Source: an uncultured Chloroflexia bacterium
GTDB lineage: Bacteria; Chloroflexota; Chloroflexia; QHBQ01; JADMIH01
Reading direction: 5' to 3'
Length of the DNA stretch: 64,000 nucleotides
Assembly (NCBI GenBank): GCA_963797095.1
Contig: CAWCNY010000005.1
Location: forward strand, 384,001-448,000
Of the stretch, positions 9,794 to 17,688 are shown in pieces. A program made the position numbers and the translations under genes. The number at the start of each line of letters is the position of its first letter. The stretch's first letter is position 1. The notes below the pieces were generated by a model. It did no database searches and was not told the DNA's origin. It saw nothing but the letters and a program-made list of their open reading frames with translations.

Positions 9794-10515
9794 CTTCCCC
9801 GGCCTTTGAGAATTGCTTCGGCGATGATGAGGTCGAGGGGAGTGGTGATCTTGATGTTGGTGCGCTCGCCTTCATATACCTTCACAGGGTGGCCCAGCAG
9901 TTCTACAAGGCGGGCGCAGTCGGTGGCTTCCAGGCTGTCTTCGCGCAGGCGCAAAGCTTCGTAAGCACCCACAAGAAGGGAGGTACGAAAGACCTGGGGG
10001 GTCTGGGCCAACCACAGGTTTCCCCTGTCGAGGGTGTTTGTGACAGTCTTGCTGGCATCCACAGTTTTGACCGTTTCGGTGGCGGGAAGGGCAGCGATAG
10101 CCGCACCTACTTCGCGCGCGGCCTCCAGGCCACGGCTGATAAGGTCGGGGGTGACGAGGGGTCTCGCGCCATCATGGACTGCTACCCATTCAAACGGCTT
10201 GTTTATGCCCTCTATCTCGCGGGTGATGCGACCAATGGCCGTAAGGCCTGCCCGCACCGAGTCCTGGCGCTTCTCGCCCCCCGGCACCATAGCGCGCACC
10301 TTCCGCCAGCCGAATTGCGAGTTCAATTCAGCTGCGCCAGCCATGTTGTCGGGGTTGACCACCAGCGCGATAACGTCTACATCCTCGCACTCCTCGAACG
10401 CCGCTACCGTGCGCGCGATCACGGGCAAGCCGCCGATGGTGCGAAGTTGCTTATCGACCCCGCCCATGCGCTGGCTCTTGCCTGCCGCCACTATTATTGC
10501 TGCTAATTCTGCCAT
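9790..10515 (-). CDS. ispD: 2-C-methyl-D-erythritol 4-phosphate cytidylyltransferase
   Basis: AAGKSQRMG, RQDSV, HDGARP, QTPQVF, NIKITTP. Confidence 0.96.
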   Translation of the reverse strand: MAELAAIIVAAGKSQRMGGVDKQLRTIGGLPVIARTVAAFEECEDVDVIALVVNPDNMAGAAELNSQFGWRKVRAMVPGGEKRQDSVRAGLTAIGRITREIEGINKPFEWVAVHDGARPLVTPDLISRGLEAAREVGAAIAALPATETVKTVDASKTVTNTLDRGNLWLAQTPQVFRTSLLVGAYEALRLREDSLEATDCARLVELLGHPVKVYEGERTNIKITTPLDLIIAEAILKGRGR

Positions 10516-10590
10516 GATCCTCACAATTTCAGGGCCATGACCCCATCAATGGCCATGTTCTCATCAATTAGGAAGCCTGACGCCTGCCTT

Positions 10591-11811
10591 TTAGCCGGGC
10601 ATTTTGCCGTTCTTCATCTGCGCAAATATCATCCGCCCGGCCACGGTTTGCAGGACGCGGGTGACTACGACATCCACGTCACTGTTCATATATTTTCTGC
10701 CGTTCTCGACCACCACCATCGTGCCGTCGTCCAGGTAGGCTACGCCCTGGCCCAACTCCTTGCCTTCTTGTATGACATGTACGTGCATCTCTTCGCCCGG
10801 CAGAACCACAGGCTTGACCGCATTTGCCAGCTCGTTGATGTTGAGCACCTTGACGCCCTGTAGCTCGGCCACGCGGTTCAGGTTGAAGTCGTTGGTGATC
10901 ACGGGACAATGGTAAGTGCGAGCAACTTTGACTAGCTTGCTATCAACGCCCACCACATCGTCCGCATCAACTTCGCTGATCTGGAGGGGCACCACAGCCT
11001 CTTTCTGAAGGCGGTTGAGCATATCGAGGCCGCGCCGCCCACGCGCCCTTCGGAGCGGGTCGGCGGAGTCGGCGATGTGCTGAAGCTCCAGGAGCACGAA
11101 GCGCGGGACGAGAAGGGTGCCGTCGATGAAGCCCGCCTTGCTGATGTCGGCTATGCGCCCGTCGATGATGGCGCTGGTGTCTACGAGGAGGTATTTGTCG
11201 ATCTTGAGTCGGGAGTCTGATCCGGAGTTAAGGACACTTCCCATGTTGCTAAGTCCACCCGCTCCCATTGCTATCATGCCTGTGGATTCGGGCGGGAGCT
11301 GGGCTGTGGGGCCACCAAGCGCCTCAATACGAGATACGCGGCCCAGGCTGCTGGGATCTACGAGGATTGGAGAAGCCGAGGTGCGTTCAGCCTTGAGAGC
11401 ATCTATCACATCGCGTTTGCGCTGGGTAGCGGCGTACACGCCCAGGTAGGCGAGCAATAGGGTCATGACGGCGGGCGAAACGTTGCCAAGCCAACCGGGG
11501 AGGAGGCTGAGAGGCCAGGCTAACAGAGCGCCCATCAGCAAGCCGACAAAGAGGCCGGCTGCCAGCGCAATAAGATCGAGGGGAGGCATCAGCTTGAGCC
11601 TGTTACGGACCCAGCGGAAGGGGTAGACGGTTATATAGGGTGTGATCAGGAGGCCGACAATAGCGCCAATGAGGGTGAGATAGGCGATCAGGTCGTTGTA
11701 GCTGTCGCTGCCCGTCCCGTAAATGATAGGTGACAAATAGACGCCAAGAAGGAAGCCTGCCGCCGCGAACAGCGCCATGCCAAGCAGACGGATCGTTATG
11801 TTGAACGACAT
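10591..11811 (-). CDS. PIN/TRAM domain membrane protein (YacL-like)
   Basis: TMs followed by DTSAIIDGRI, ELQHIADS, RGRRGLD, TNDFNL, GVAYLDDGTMVVVE; lies upstream of ispDF as in Firmicutes. Confidence 0.92.
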   Translation of the reverse strand: MSFNITIRLLGMALFAAAGFLLGVYLSPIIYGTGSDSYNDLIAYLTLIGAIVGLLITPYITVYPFRWVRNRLKLMPPLDLIALAAGLFVGLLMGALLAWPLSLLPGWLGNVSPAVMTLLLAYLGVYAATQRKRDVIDALKAERTSASPILVDPSSLGRVSRIEALGGPTAQLPPESTGMIAMGAGGLSNMGSVLNSGSDSRLKIDKYLLVDTSAIIDGRIADISKAGFIDGTLLVPRFVLLELQHIADSADPLRRARGRRGLDMLNRLQKEAVVPLQISEVDADDVVGVDSKLVKVARTYHCPVITNDFNLNRVAELQGVKVLNINELANAVKPVVLPGEEMHVHVIQEGKELGQGVAYLDDGTMVVVENGRKYMNSDVDVVVTRVLQTVAGRMIFAQMKNGKMPG

Positions 11812-11876
11812 ACGCTCGTACCCATCATTCGTCCAGCACGCGCCGTGCAAAGCCCCGCGCTCTCCCTCTTAGTCTG

Positions 11877-11905
11877 ATGATAGCATACGGCATGGGTGGT
11901 GTCAA
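11877..11905 (-). promoter_or_regulatory. sigma70-type promoter for the yacL-ispDF-dtd operon
   Basis: Minus strand TTGACA-17 bp-TATCAT with an extended TG. Confidence 0.7.
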
Positions 11906-11949
11906 AACGGACGAAGCAAGAGTGATACGCGAAACGTGATACATGACCT

Positions 11950-12057
11950 ATTTCGTACTGCGTATTGCGTACTGCGTATTGCGTATTGCGTATTGCGTAT
12001 TGCGTATTGCGTATTGCGTATTGCGTATTGCGTATTGCGTATTGCGTATTGCGTATT
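11950..12057. repeat. Heptamer tandem repeat (ATTGCGT), about 15 units
   Basis: 11 consecutive perfect units plus 4 variants, lying between divergent promoters; followed by TCGTCAC/TCGCCGC units to ~12094. Confidence 0.97.
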
Positions 12058-12125
12058 TACGCGTCATTCGTCACTCGCCGCTCGTCACTCGCCGTCCTTT
12101 GTCGCACGAATCTGCTACAAAACTA

Positions 12126-12154
12126 TTGACACTGCTCCTATTGCCTGATATACT
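12126..12154 (+). promoter_or_regulatory. sigma70-type promoter
   Basis: TTGACA-17 bp-TATACT. Confidence 0.8.
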
Positions 12155-12191
12155 AATTTCAACTTTTCGACCACTAAAAAGGAGCAGACTA

Positions 12192-12281
12192 ATGTCGAGG
12201 AACTTACTAGCCAGCTGGATTTATACCGGCGCACCCTTCGGACTCACTGTCCAGGGTAGGAGTTTGCCCACGCTCAGGTAG
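12192..12281 (+). CDS. Putative 29-aa leader peptide MSRNLLASWIYTGAPFGLTVQGRSLPTLR
   Basis: AAGGAG RBS 7 nt upstream of the ATG, just after the promoter, and followed by a terminator hairpin. Confidence 0.6.
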   Translation: MSRNLLASWIYTGAPFGLTVQGRSLPTLR

Positions 12282-12301
12282 GTCAACAGCAGTGTGACAC
12301 C

Positions 12302-12338
12302 GGCCGTGGGCGCAGACAGCACCCACGGCCTCTTTATT
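12302..12338 (+). terminator. Putative attenuator terminator
   Basis: ggccgtggg...cccacggcc 9-bp stem followed by tctttatt. Confidence 0.65.
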
Positions 12339-12495
12339 CCTTGGGCACGAGGAGTAAACCCCCAAACAAGCAGGCCGATGGGTTCAATAAGAAGCCCACC
12401 GGCTCGTTTTGTCTAATTCGATCAACGCGAACGTCACGTCACACCTGCAAGGGTGAAAGGCCGCAAAGCACCACTAATGCGGCCAGGGGAAAAGA

Positions 12496-12966
12496 ATGAA
12501 CAGCTATAGAGAGATAGCCGAAAACAAACGGTTGGACCACTTGAAGCTGGCGCAGGTGGCCCTACAGCGCTACGGTTTACTGGAAGTAGGAGCCAGCATC
12601 TCCCTGATCGGCGATGTTGACCACGCCATCTTCAAGGTAAGCGTGCCCGCTGAGATGGGAGCAATCTTTCACCCATACCTGGGCCGTATCGAAGGCCAGC
12701 AGTTCCTGCTGCGCATCGAAGATATAGCCGATACGCGCATGGCGACCACATACTCTCAGTTGGCGCTCCTGGCTACAATGCTCCGCGATACCGACCTCTC
12801 GCTGCCGGAGCCGGTGCCAGCGACCGATGGGACACTGGTTCCGGAACTGGTAATCGGGACGGACGCCGATGGCAACGAGCCAAGGCAATGTGTGTTGTTC
12901 AGATGGGCCGGCCTCCCCTTCCCGGAGGCCGCCCTCAACCTGGCGAAGCACTGGCAAGAGAATTAG
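12496..12966 (+). CDS. Stand-alone N-lobe of an APH/homoserine-kinase-type-II-like phosphotransferase
   Basis: ALQRYGL, FLLRI, LPEPVPATDGTLV and CVLFRW resemble the APH-family N-lobe; the ORF ends before any HxD catalytic loop. Confidence 0.55.
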   Translation: MNSYREIAENKRLDHLKLAQVALQRYGLLEVGASISLIGDVDHAIFKVSVPAEMGAIFHPYLGRIEGQQFLLRIEDIADTRMATTYSQLALLATMLRDTDLSLPEPVPATDGTLVPELVIGTDADGNEPRQCVLFRWAGLPFPEAALNLAKHWQEN

Positions 12967-13144
12967 CAAGATGAGGTAAAGGCGGTCCCTGGGCGCGGAT
13001 CGTCTTCACCGAGTCTTAATGATTCTCATTGCCAGGCTTAATGCCTTGACCCTATATTGACTCCTATAAAGACCTCCCACTTGCCGGGGCAACCCGGCTT
13101 ACGCGACAAAAAAGAGTGGGTATATAGAAATAGGAGGCGTATAG

Positions 13145-14023
13145 ATGGATAACGACGATCGCCCGGTTGGGCGCATATTGAACCGAAGGGAAGTGCTGGC
13201 TCTCATGGGAGCGGCAGGAGCGGCATTGCTGGTTGGGTGCTTGCCAGGATCGCAGACACCGCAGGCCACCGCAACAACCACCGAAGGTGCGACAAGCACT
13301 GCTACCCGGGTGCCCACGGCCACAAGCACCTCAACGGCAGGGGCAGCCGCCACAAGCACCGCCACGCAGGCTACATCAGCACAGGCAACCGGTACAGTCA
13401 CGGCCGTTACCGAGGCTGCCGCAACAATGCCATCGTGCGTGGTAAGCCCTGAATTGACCGAAGGGCCCTACTTCGTGGACGAGATGCTCAATCGTTCCGA
13501 TATAAGGTCTGACCCCTCGGATGGCTCGGTGAAAGAGGGCATGCCGCTTGAGATAACCATGCTGGTGTCGCAGGTCGGCAGTGGGTGCACTCCTCTGGCG
13601 GGCGCGCAGGTCGATATATGGCACTGTGACGCGCTTGGAGACTATTCGGATACGCAGGACCCCAACTGGAACACCGTAGGGCAGAAATTCCTCAGAGGTT
13701 ACCAGGTAACCGATTCGAGCGGGATGGTCAAGTTCACCACGATATACCCCGGTTGGTACAGGGGACGGGCGGTGCACATCCATTTCAAGATCCGCACGAA
13801 TCCCGGCTCAAATCAGGGATACGAGTTCACCTCGCAATTCTTCTTCGATGATACCCTCACCGACCAAGTGCACACGCAGGAGCCATACGCGAGCAAAGGC
13901 CAGCGCGACCTCAGGAACTCAGGCGATGGTATCTACCAGCAGAGCGGAGGGCAAACTCTGCTGACTCTGGTCCAGTCGGGCGACGGTTACAAGACGACGT
14001 TTGATATTGGCATGCAGATTTAG
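13145..14023 (+). CDS. Tat-exported intradiol ring-cleavage dioxygenase-like lipoprotein
   Basis: NRREVL Tat motif, LVGC lipobox, Thr/Ala linker, TEGPYF, DIWHCDALGDYS, TIYPGWYRGRAVHIHFK. Confidence 0.88.
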   Translation: MDNDDRPVGRILNRREVLALMGAAGAALLVGCLPGSQTPQATATTTEGATSTATRVPTATSTSTAGAAATSTATQATSAQATGTVTAVTEAAATMPSCVVSPELTEGPYFVDEMLNRSDIRSDPSDGSVKEGMPLEITMLVSQVGSGCTPLAGAQVDIWHCDALGDYSDTQDPNWNTVGQKFLRGYQVTDSSGMVKFTTIYPGWYRGRAVHIHFKIRTNPGSNQGYEFTSQFFFDDTLTDQVHTQEPYASKGQRDLRNSGDGIYQQSGGQTLLTLVQSGDGYKTTFDIGMQI

Positions 14024-14097
14024 AGGCAATCGCCTACTTTTCCACCCTCCTCCGGTGTTATAATGCCTGTTGGATTATTACACCCGGAGGAGAGACC

Positions 14098-15207
14098 ATG
14101 ACCGCCATCTACGCAATGACTGAGACGCCCCTGCGCCGCCTCGCTTACCAACATATTCTGTCCGTCGAGCAATTCGAGCCGGAGACGCTGGAGAGCCTGT
14201 TCGGCTACGCCCAGAAGATGGACCGCCAGGTGGCAAGCGGAGGGGCCGAGCCTGTTTTGACCAATCGCGTGGTCGCGAACGTCTTCTACGAAGCTTCCAC
14301 GCGTACCGACCTTTCGTTCTCGGCAGCCACCCAGCGGCTAGGCGGGCGCGTGATCACCACGGCTGGCGGGGTGCATTATTCCTCCGTATCGAAGGGCGAG
14401 AGCCTGCACGACACCATCAAGACGATAGCCTGCTACTCGGACGCTATTGTCCTGCGCCACCCTCAAAGAGGGGCAGCCCGAGAGGCTGCGGCGGCCTCGG
14501 AAGCCCTCAGGCAATCGACAGGCAAGCCCGTGCCGATTATCAACGCCGGTGATGGCATTGGCGAGCACCCCACGCAGGCGCTCCTCGACCTCTACACCAT
14601 CAAGGATAGGTTTGGGGCCAACATCGACGGGTTGACAATCGGCTTCGTAGGGGACCTGCGTAACGGTCGAACTGTCCATTCGCTGATCAAGCTGCTGGCG
14701 CTCGATAAGTGCCATGTAAAGGTGGTCTGTATCGCTCCCGAAAGCCTCACCATGCCATCGGAATATGTGGAGTTCGCCCGGTCGCGCGAAATGCCTGTGG
14801 AAGAAACACAGGACTTGCAGGAAGCTATCAGGTCGCTCGATGTGCTCTATGTGACACGGGTGCAGCGCGAGCGATTCGTGGCGCAGCAACTGGACGAGTT
14901 GGCCGCGTCGATATACGGGCAGCCGCACGACAGTCTGGACAGCACGCGCAAAGAAGCGATCAAGCCGCTGGCCGAACAGAAGGCGGCACAGGAATACCTG
15001 GCGGCCCGCGATACATACGTGGTAGACCCCATGATGATGAGCCTGGCCCCCAAGGACATGATCCTGATGCACCCACTCCCACGCGTGAATGAGATCCCGG
15101 AGCAAGTGGACACCGACGACCGGGCATACTACTTCAGGCAGGTACAAAACGGCCTCTACATCAGGATGGCCCTGATGGCTTCGGTGCTGGACCGCGTGGG
15201 AGCATAG
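14098..15207 (+). CDS. pyrB: Aspartate carbamoyltransferase catalytic subunit
   Basis: FYEASTRT, SKGESLHDT, INAGDG-GEHPTQALLD, GDLRNGRTVHS, HPLPR. Confidence 0.95.
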   Translation: MTAIYAMTETPLRRLAYQHILSVEQFEPETLESLFGYAQKMDRQVASGGAEPVLTNRVVANVFYEASTRTDLSFSAATQRLGGRVITTAGGVHYSSVSKGESLHDTIKTIACYSDAIVLRHPQRGAAREAAAASEALRQSTGKPVPIINAGDGIGEHPTQALLDLYTIKDRFGANIDGLTIGFVGDLRNGRTVHSLIKLLALDKCHVKVVCIAPESLTMPSEYVEFARSREMPVEETQDLQEAIRSLDVLYVTRVQRERFVAQQLDELAASIYGQPHDSLDSTRKEAIKPLAEQKAAQEYLAARDTYVVDPMMMSLAPKDMILMHPLPRVNEIPEQVDTDDRAYYFRQVQNGLYIRMALMASVLDRVGA

Positions 15208-15228
15208 GCGCTCTACGCAACTCGATTG

Positions 15229-15269
15229 GAATAAATAAGTGGGCGGCTGAGCCGCCCACTTATTTATTC
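15229..15269. terminator. Intrinsic terminator (perfect palindrome)
   Basis: gaataaataagtgggcggc-tga-gccgcccacttatttattc. Confidence 0.85.
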
Positions 15270-15349
15270 TGGAGCCCAATTCTTAGTCGCGAGATGAAAC
15301 GGGCCGCTTCTGATATACTATGTAAGATATTTATATAAGGAGAAAAGAG

Positions 15350-17506
15350 TTGGCCAATGATGACAAGGGGCAGGCTAAGCGGCCTGTCGAAATCGATGAT
15401 TTGTACCTCATCCGGTTGGTGGGAGACCCCCAGGTGTCGCCCGACGGGCAGACCGTGGCCTATGTGCAAACTCGTATGCGCAGGAAGAAGAACGACTACG
15501 GGGCCAATATCTGGCTAGCGCCCGCAAATGGCAGGGGAGAGCCGCGAAAGTTCACCAACAGCCCCAGGCGGGATATGTTCCCGCGATGGTCATATAGCGG
15601 CAAGGAGATAGGGTTCCTATCAACTCGGTCGGGCAAGCCGCAGGTGTGGGTTATACCCGTGGCAGGCGGAGAGGCCCGGCAGGTGACGTTCGCCGGGCGC
15701 GGGGTGGGCCAGTTCGCGTGGTCACCTGATGGGAAGTGGATCGCTTTCGTGACCAAGGTGGACGGCGATAATGATAAGAAATGGGCCGAACTGGACAAGG
15801 AGGAAGGCAAGAAAGAGGAGGCGGGCGACAGCGAGAACGTCCAGCCCGGACAGGCAGGGTCGGGCGAGGGAGCAGGCCCCCGGTTGCGTGCAGGTGAATG
15901 GGATGAAGACCAGGAGGACGAGAAGGACACTGAAGATAAAGGCGATCATGCGTATGTGATCACTCGAGTGCACATCAAAGGAGAGGGGCAGGGCCTCCTG
16001 TTGCGCCGCCAGCATTTGTTCATCGTGCCGTCTGGGGGCGGTAAAGCCCGGCAGTTGACCGAGGGCGATTGGGATGTGCAGTCGATCAGGTGGTCGCCCG
16101 GTGGGAAGCAGCTTGCTTACCTGGCGAACCGTGAACGGGACGCTGAGCTAAACAATATCGCGGATATTTGGGTTATGGATATCGACGGCGATGGCAACAA
16201 GGGAGAGGAAAGCCGCATCACTAAACACGACGGCGCGATCGGGGTTATGGACTGGCTGCCATCGGGCAACGGGTTCGCGGTGTATGCGCATAGCAGGTTG
16301 AAAGAAGGGGCACTGGGCACCAACCTTCAGGTATGGACCATCGGGCTGGACGGTGGGATCACGAAGTTGGCAGAGGGACTAGATCGCACCGTAGGCTCCT
16401 GGGTCAACTCAGACTTGTGGGCCGGGAACGGCGAACCGCGCCCGCGCTTCAGCTCCGACGGTGAGACGATCTACTTCACAGTGACCGACCACGGTAGCTC
16501 TCACATCTACTCGGTACCCGTGAAAGGCGGTGAACCCAGGCTTGTAGTTGGCGGGAAGCGCGAGATTTTGACGTTCGATGTGGCAAGCGAGGGCCTCACG
16601 TTCAGCGCGGCGCAATCGGGGCACCCGGTTGATATTTATTACGCACCTTTTGGCGGTGGAGCAGAGAAGCAAATCACCGACGTAAACCGGGATGTGCTGT
16701 CGTCGGTAGATATTCGGTCGGGGCAGGAGTTCTACCTTGACAGGGGTAACGGAGTGCAGGTGCAGGGATGGTTGCTGACGCCACCGGGCTTCGACCCGTC
16801 GAAGAAGTACCCGCTGGTCTTGCAGATACATGGCGGGCCGCACGTATCATACGGAGAGGCTTACCTGCACGAGTTCCAGATGCTGGCGGCGCGGGGATAT
16901 GTCGTGCTCTATACGAACCCCAGGGGCAGCCAGGGATACGGGCAGGAGTTCTCGGACGCGATCTTGAACGATTGGGGTGGCGTAGATTACGACGACCTGA
17001 TGGCCTGTGTGGATTGGGCCATCCAGCAGGGATATGTGGACGAGAACAGGATGGCGGTGGCCGGTGGGTCGTACGGCGGGTATATGACGGCCTGGGTGAT
17101 CGGCCATACCAATAGGTTCAAGGTAGCGATGGCCTCGCGAGCTTGCGTGAACCTGTACAGTGCCTGGGGGTCGGGCGACTATACCTGGGCGCTCTGGGAC
17201 TGGGAGTTCGAAGGAAGTCCACGCGAGAGAACGGGCCTGTATCTTGAGAGGTCACCTATCACTTATGCGGAACAAATGCAGACGCCTCTACTGCTGACGC
17301 ACGCAGAGGACGATTACCGGGTTGATATCGAGCAGTCTGCTGAGTTGTATATGGCCTTGCGAACGAGAGGCAAGACAGTAAAGATGGTGCGATTCCCTTC
17401 GGGCGGACACGACGTGTCGCGCTCAGGTAAGCCCACTCTCCGGATGGAGCGCATGGAGTATATCGCCGATTGGATCGACCAGTATATAGGCGAGCAGAAG
17501 GGTTGA
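15350..17506 (+). CDS. S9 family peptidase (acylaminoacyl-peptidase-like)
   Basis: PD40-like WSPDG propeller repeats, IHGGPH, GGSYGG nucleophile, D-RV, GHD. Confidence 0.93.
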   Translation: MANDDKGQAKRPVEIDDLYLIRLVGDPQVSPDGQTVAYVQTRMRRKKNDYGANIWLAPANGRGEPRKFTNSPRRDMFPRWSYSGKEIGFLSTRSGKPQVWVIPVAGGEARQVTFAGRGVGQFAWSPDGKWIAFVTKVDGDNDKKWAELDKEEGKKEEAGDSENVQPGQAGSGEGAGPRLRAGEWDEDQEDEKDTEDKGDHAYVITRVHIKGEGQGLLLRRQHLFIVPSGGGKARQLTEGDWDVQSIRWSPGGKQLAYLANRERDAELNNIADIWVMDIDGDGNKGEESRITKHDGAIGVMDWLPSGNGFAVYAHSRLKEGALGTNLQVWTIGLDGGITKLAEGLDRTVGSWVNSDLWAGNGEPRPRFSSDGETIYFTVTDHGSSHIYSVPVKGGEPRLVVGGKREILTFDVASEGLTFSAAQSGHPVDIYYAPFGGGAEKQITDVNRDVLSSVDIRSGQEFYLDRGNGVQVQGWLLTPPGFDPSKKYPLVLQIHGGPHVSYGEAYLHEFQMLAARGYVVLYTNPRGSQGYGQEFSDAILNDWGGVDYDDLMACVDWAIQQGYVDENRMAVAGGSYGGYMTAWVIGHTNRFKVAMASRACVNLYSAWGSGDYTWALWDWEFEGSPRERTGLYLERSPITYAEQMQTPLLLTHAEDDYRVDIEQSAELYMALRTRGKTVKMVRFPSGGHDVSRSGKPTLRMERMEYIADWIDQYIGEQKG

Positions 17507-17587
17507 ACCAGGGCTATCCCCGTTGAACCGCAAAGCATACAAATGGACTACACACTTCTCCTTTGTTCTTGGGACGAGAAAAAACCC

Positions 17588-17675
17588 GTAGGGGCACCCA
17601 TTGTAGGCAATGTTGTCACATGAACCCACAAACGTGGCACAAGTGCGGACACTGCTAACGGGTGCCCTGGTGGGA
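17588..17675 (+). repeat. GTAG-REP carrying a MITE end fragment
   Basis: gtaggggcaccc...caatgttgtcacatgaaccc...ctaacgggtgccctggtggg, homologous to the reverse complement of ~28305-28388. Confidence 0.7.
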
Positions 17676-17688
17676 CTCCTCGATCTCG

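Noticed and set aside
11950-12057. Possible CRISPR array
   Set aside because: Pure 7-bp tandem units with no unique spacers and no cas genes.
11936-12148. ORFs with YCVLRIA repeats (similarly 6103..6417, 22351..22593, 43358..43718, 52065..52493)
   Set aside because: They are translations of heptamer tracts or antisense shadows of real genes, with no RBS or protein-like content.
12440-12490. c-di-GMP-I or ykkC-type riboswitch in the kinase leader
   Set aside because: Only fragments (GCAAAGC, a GNRA loop) match; the required conserved core and stems are missing.
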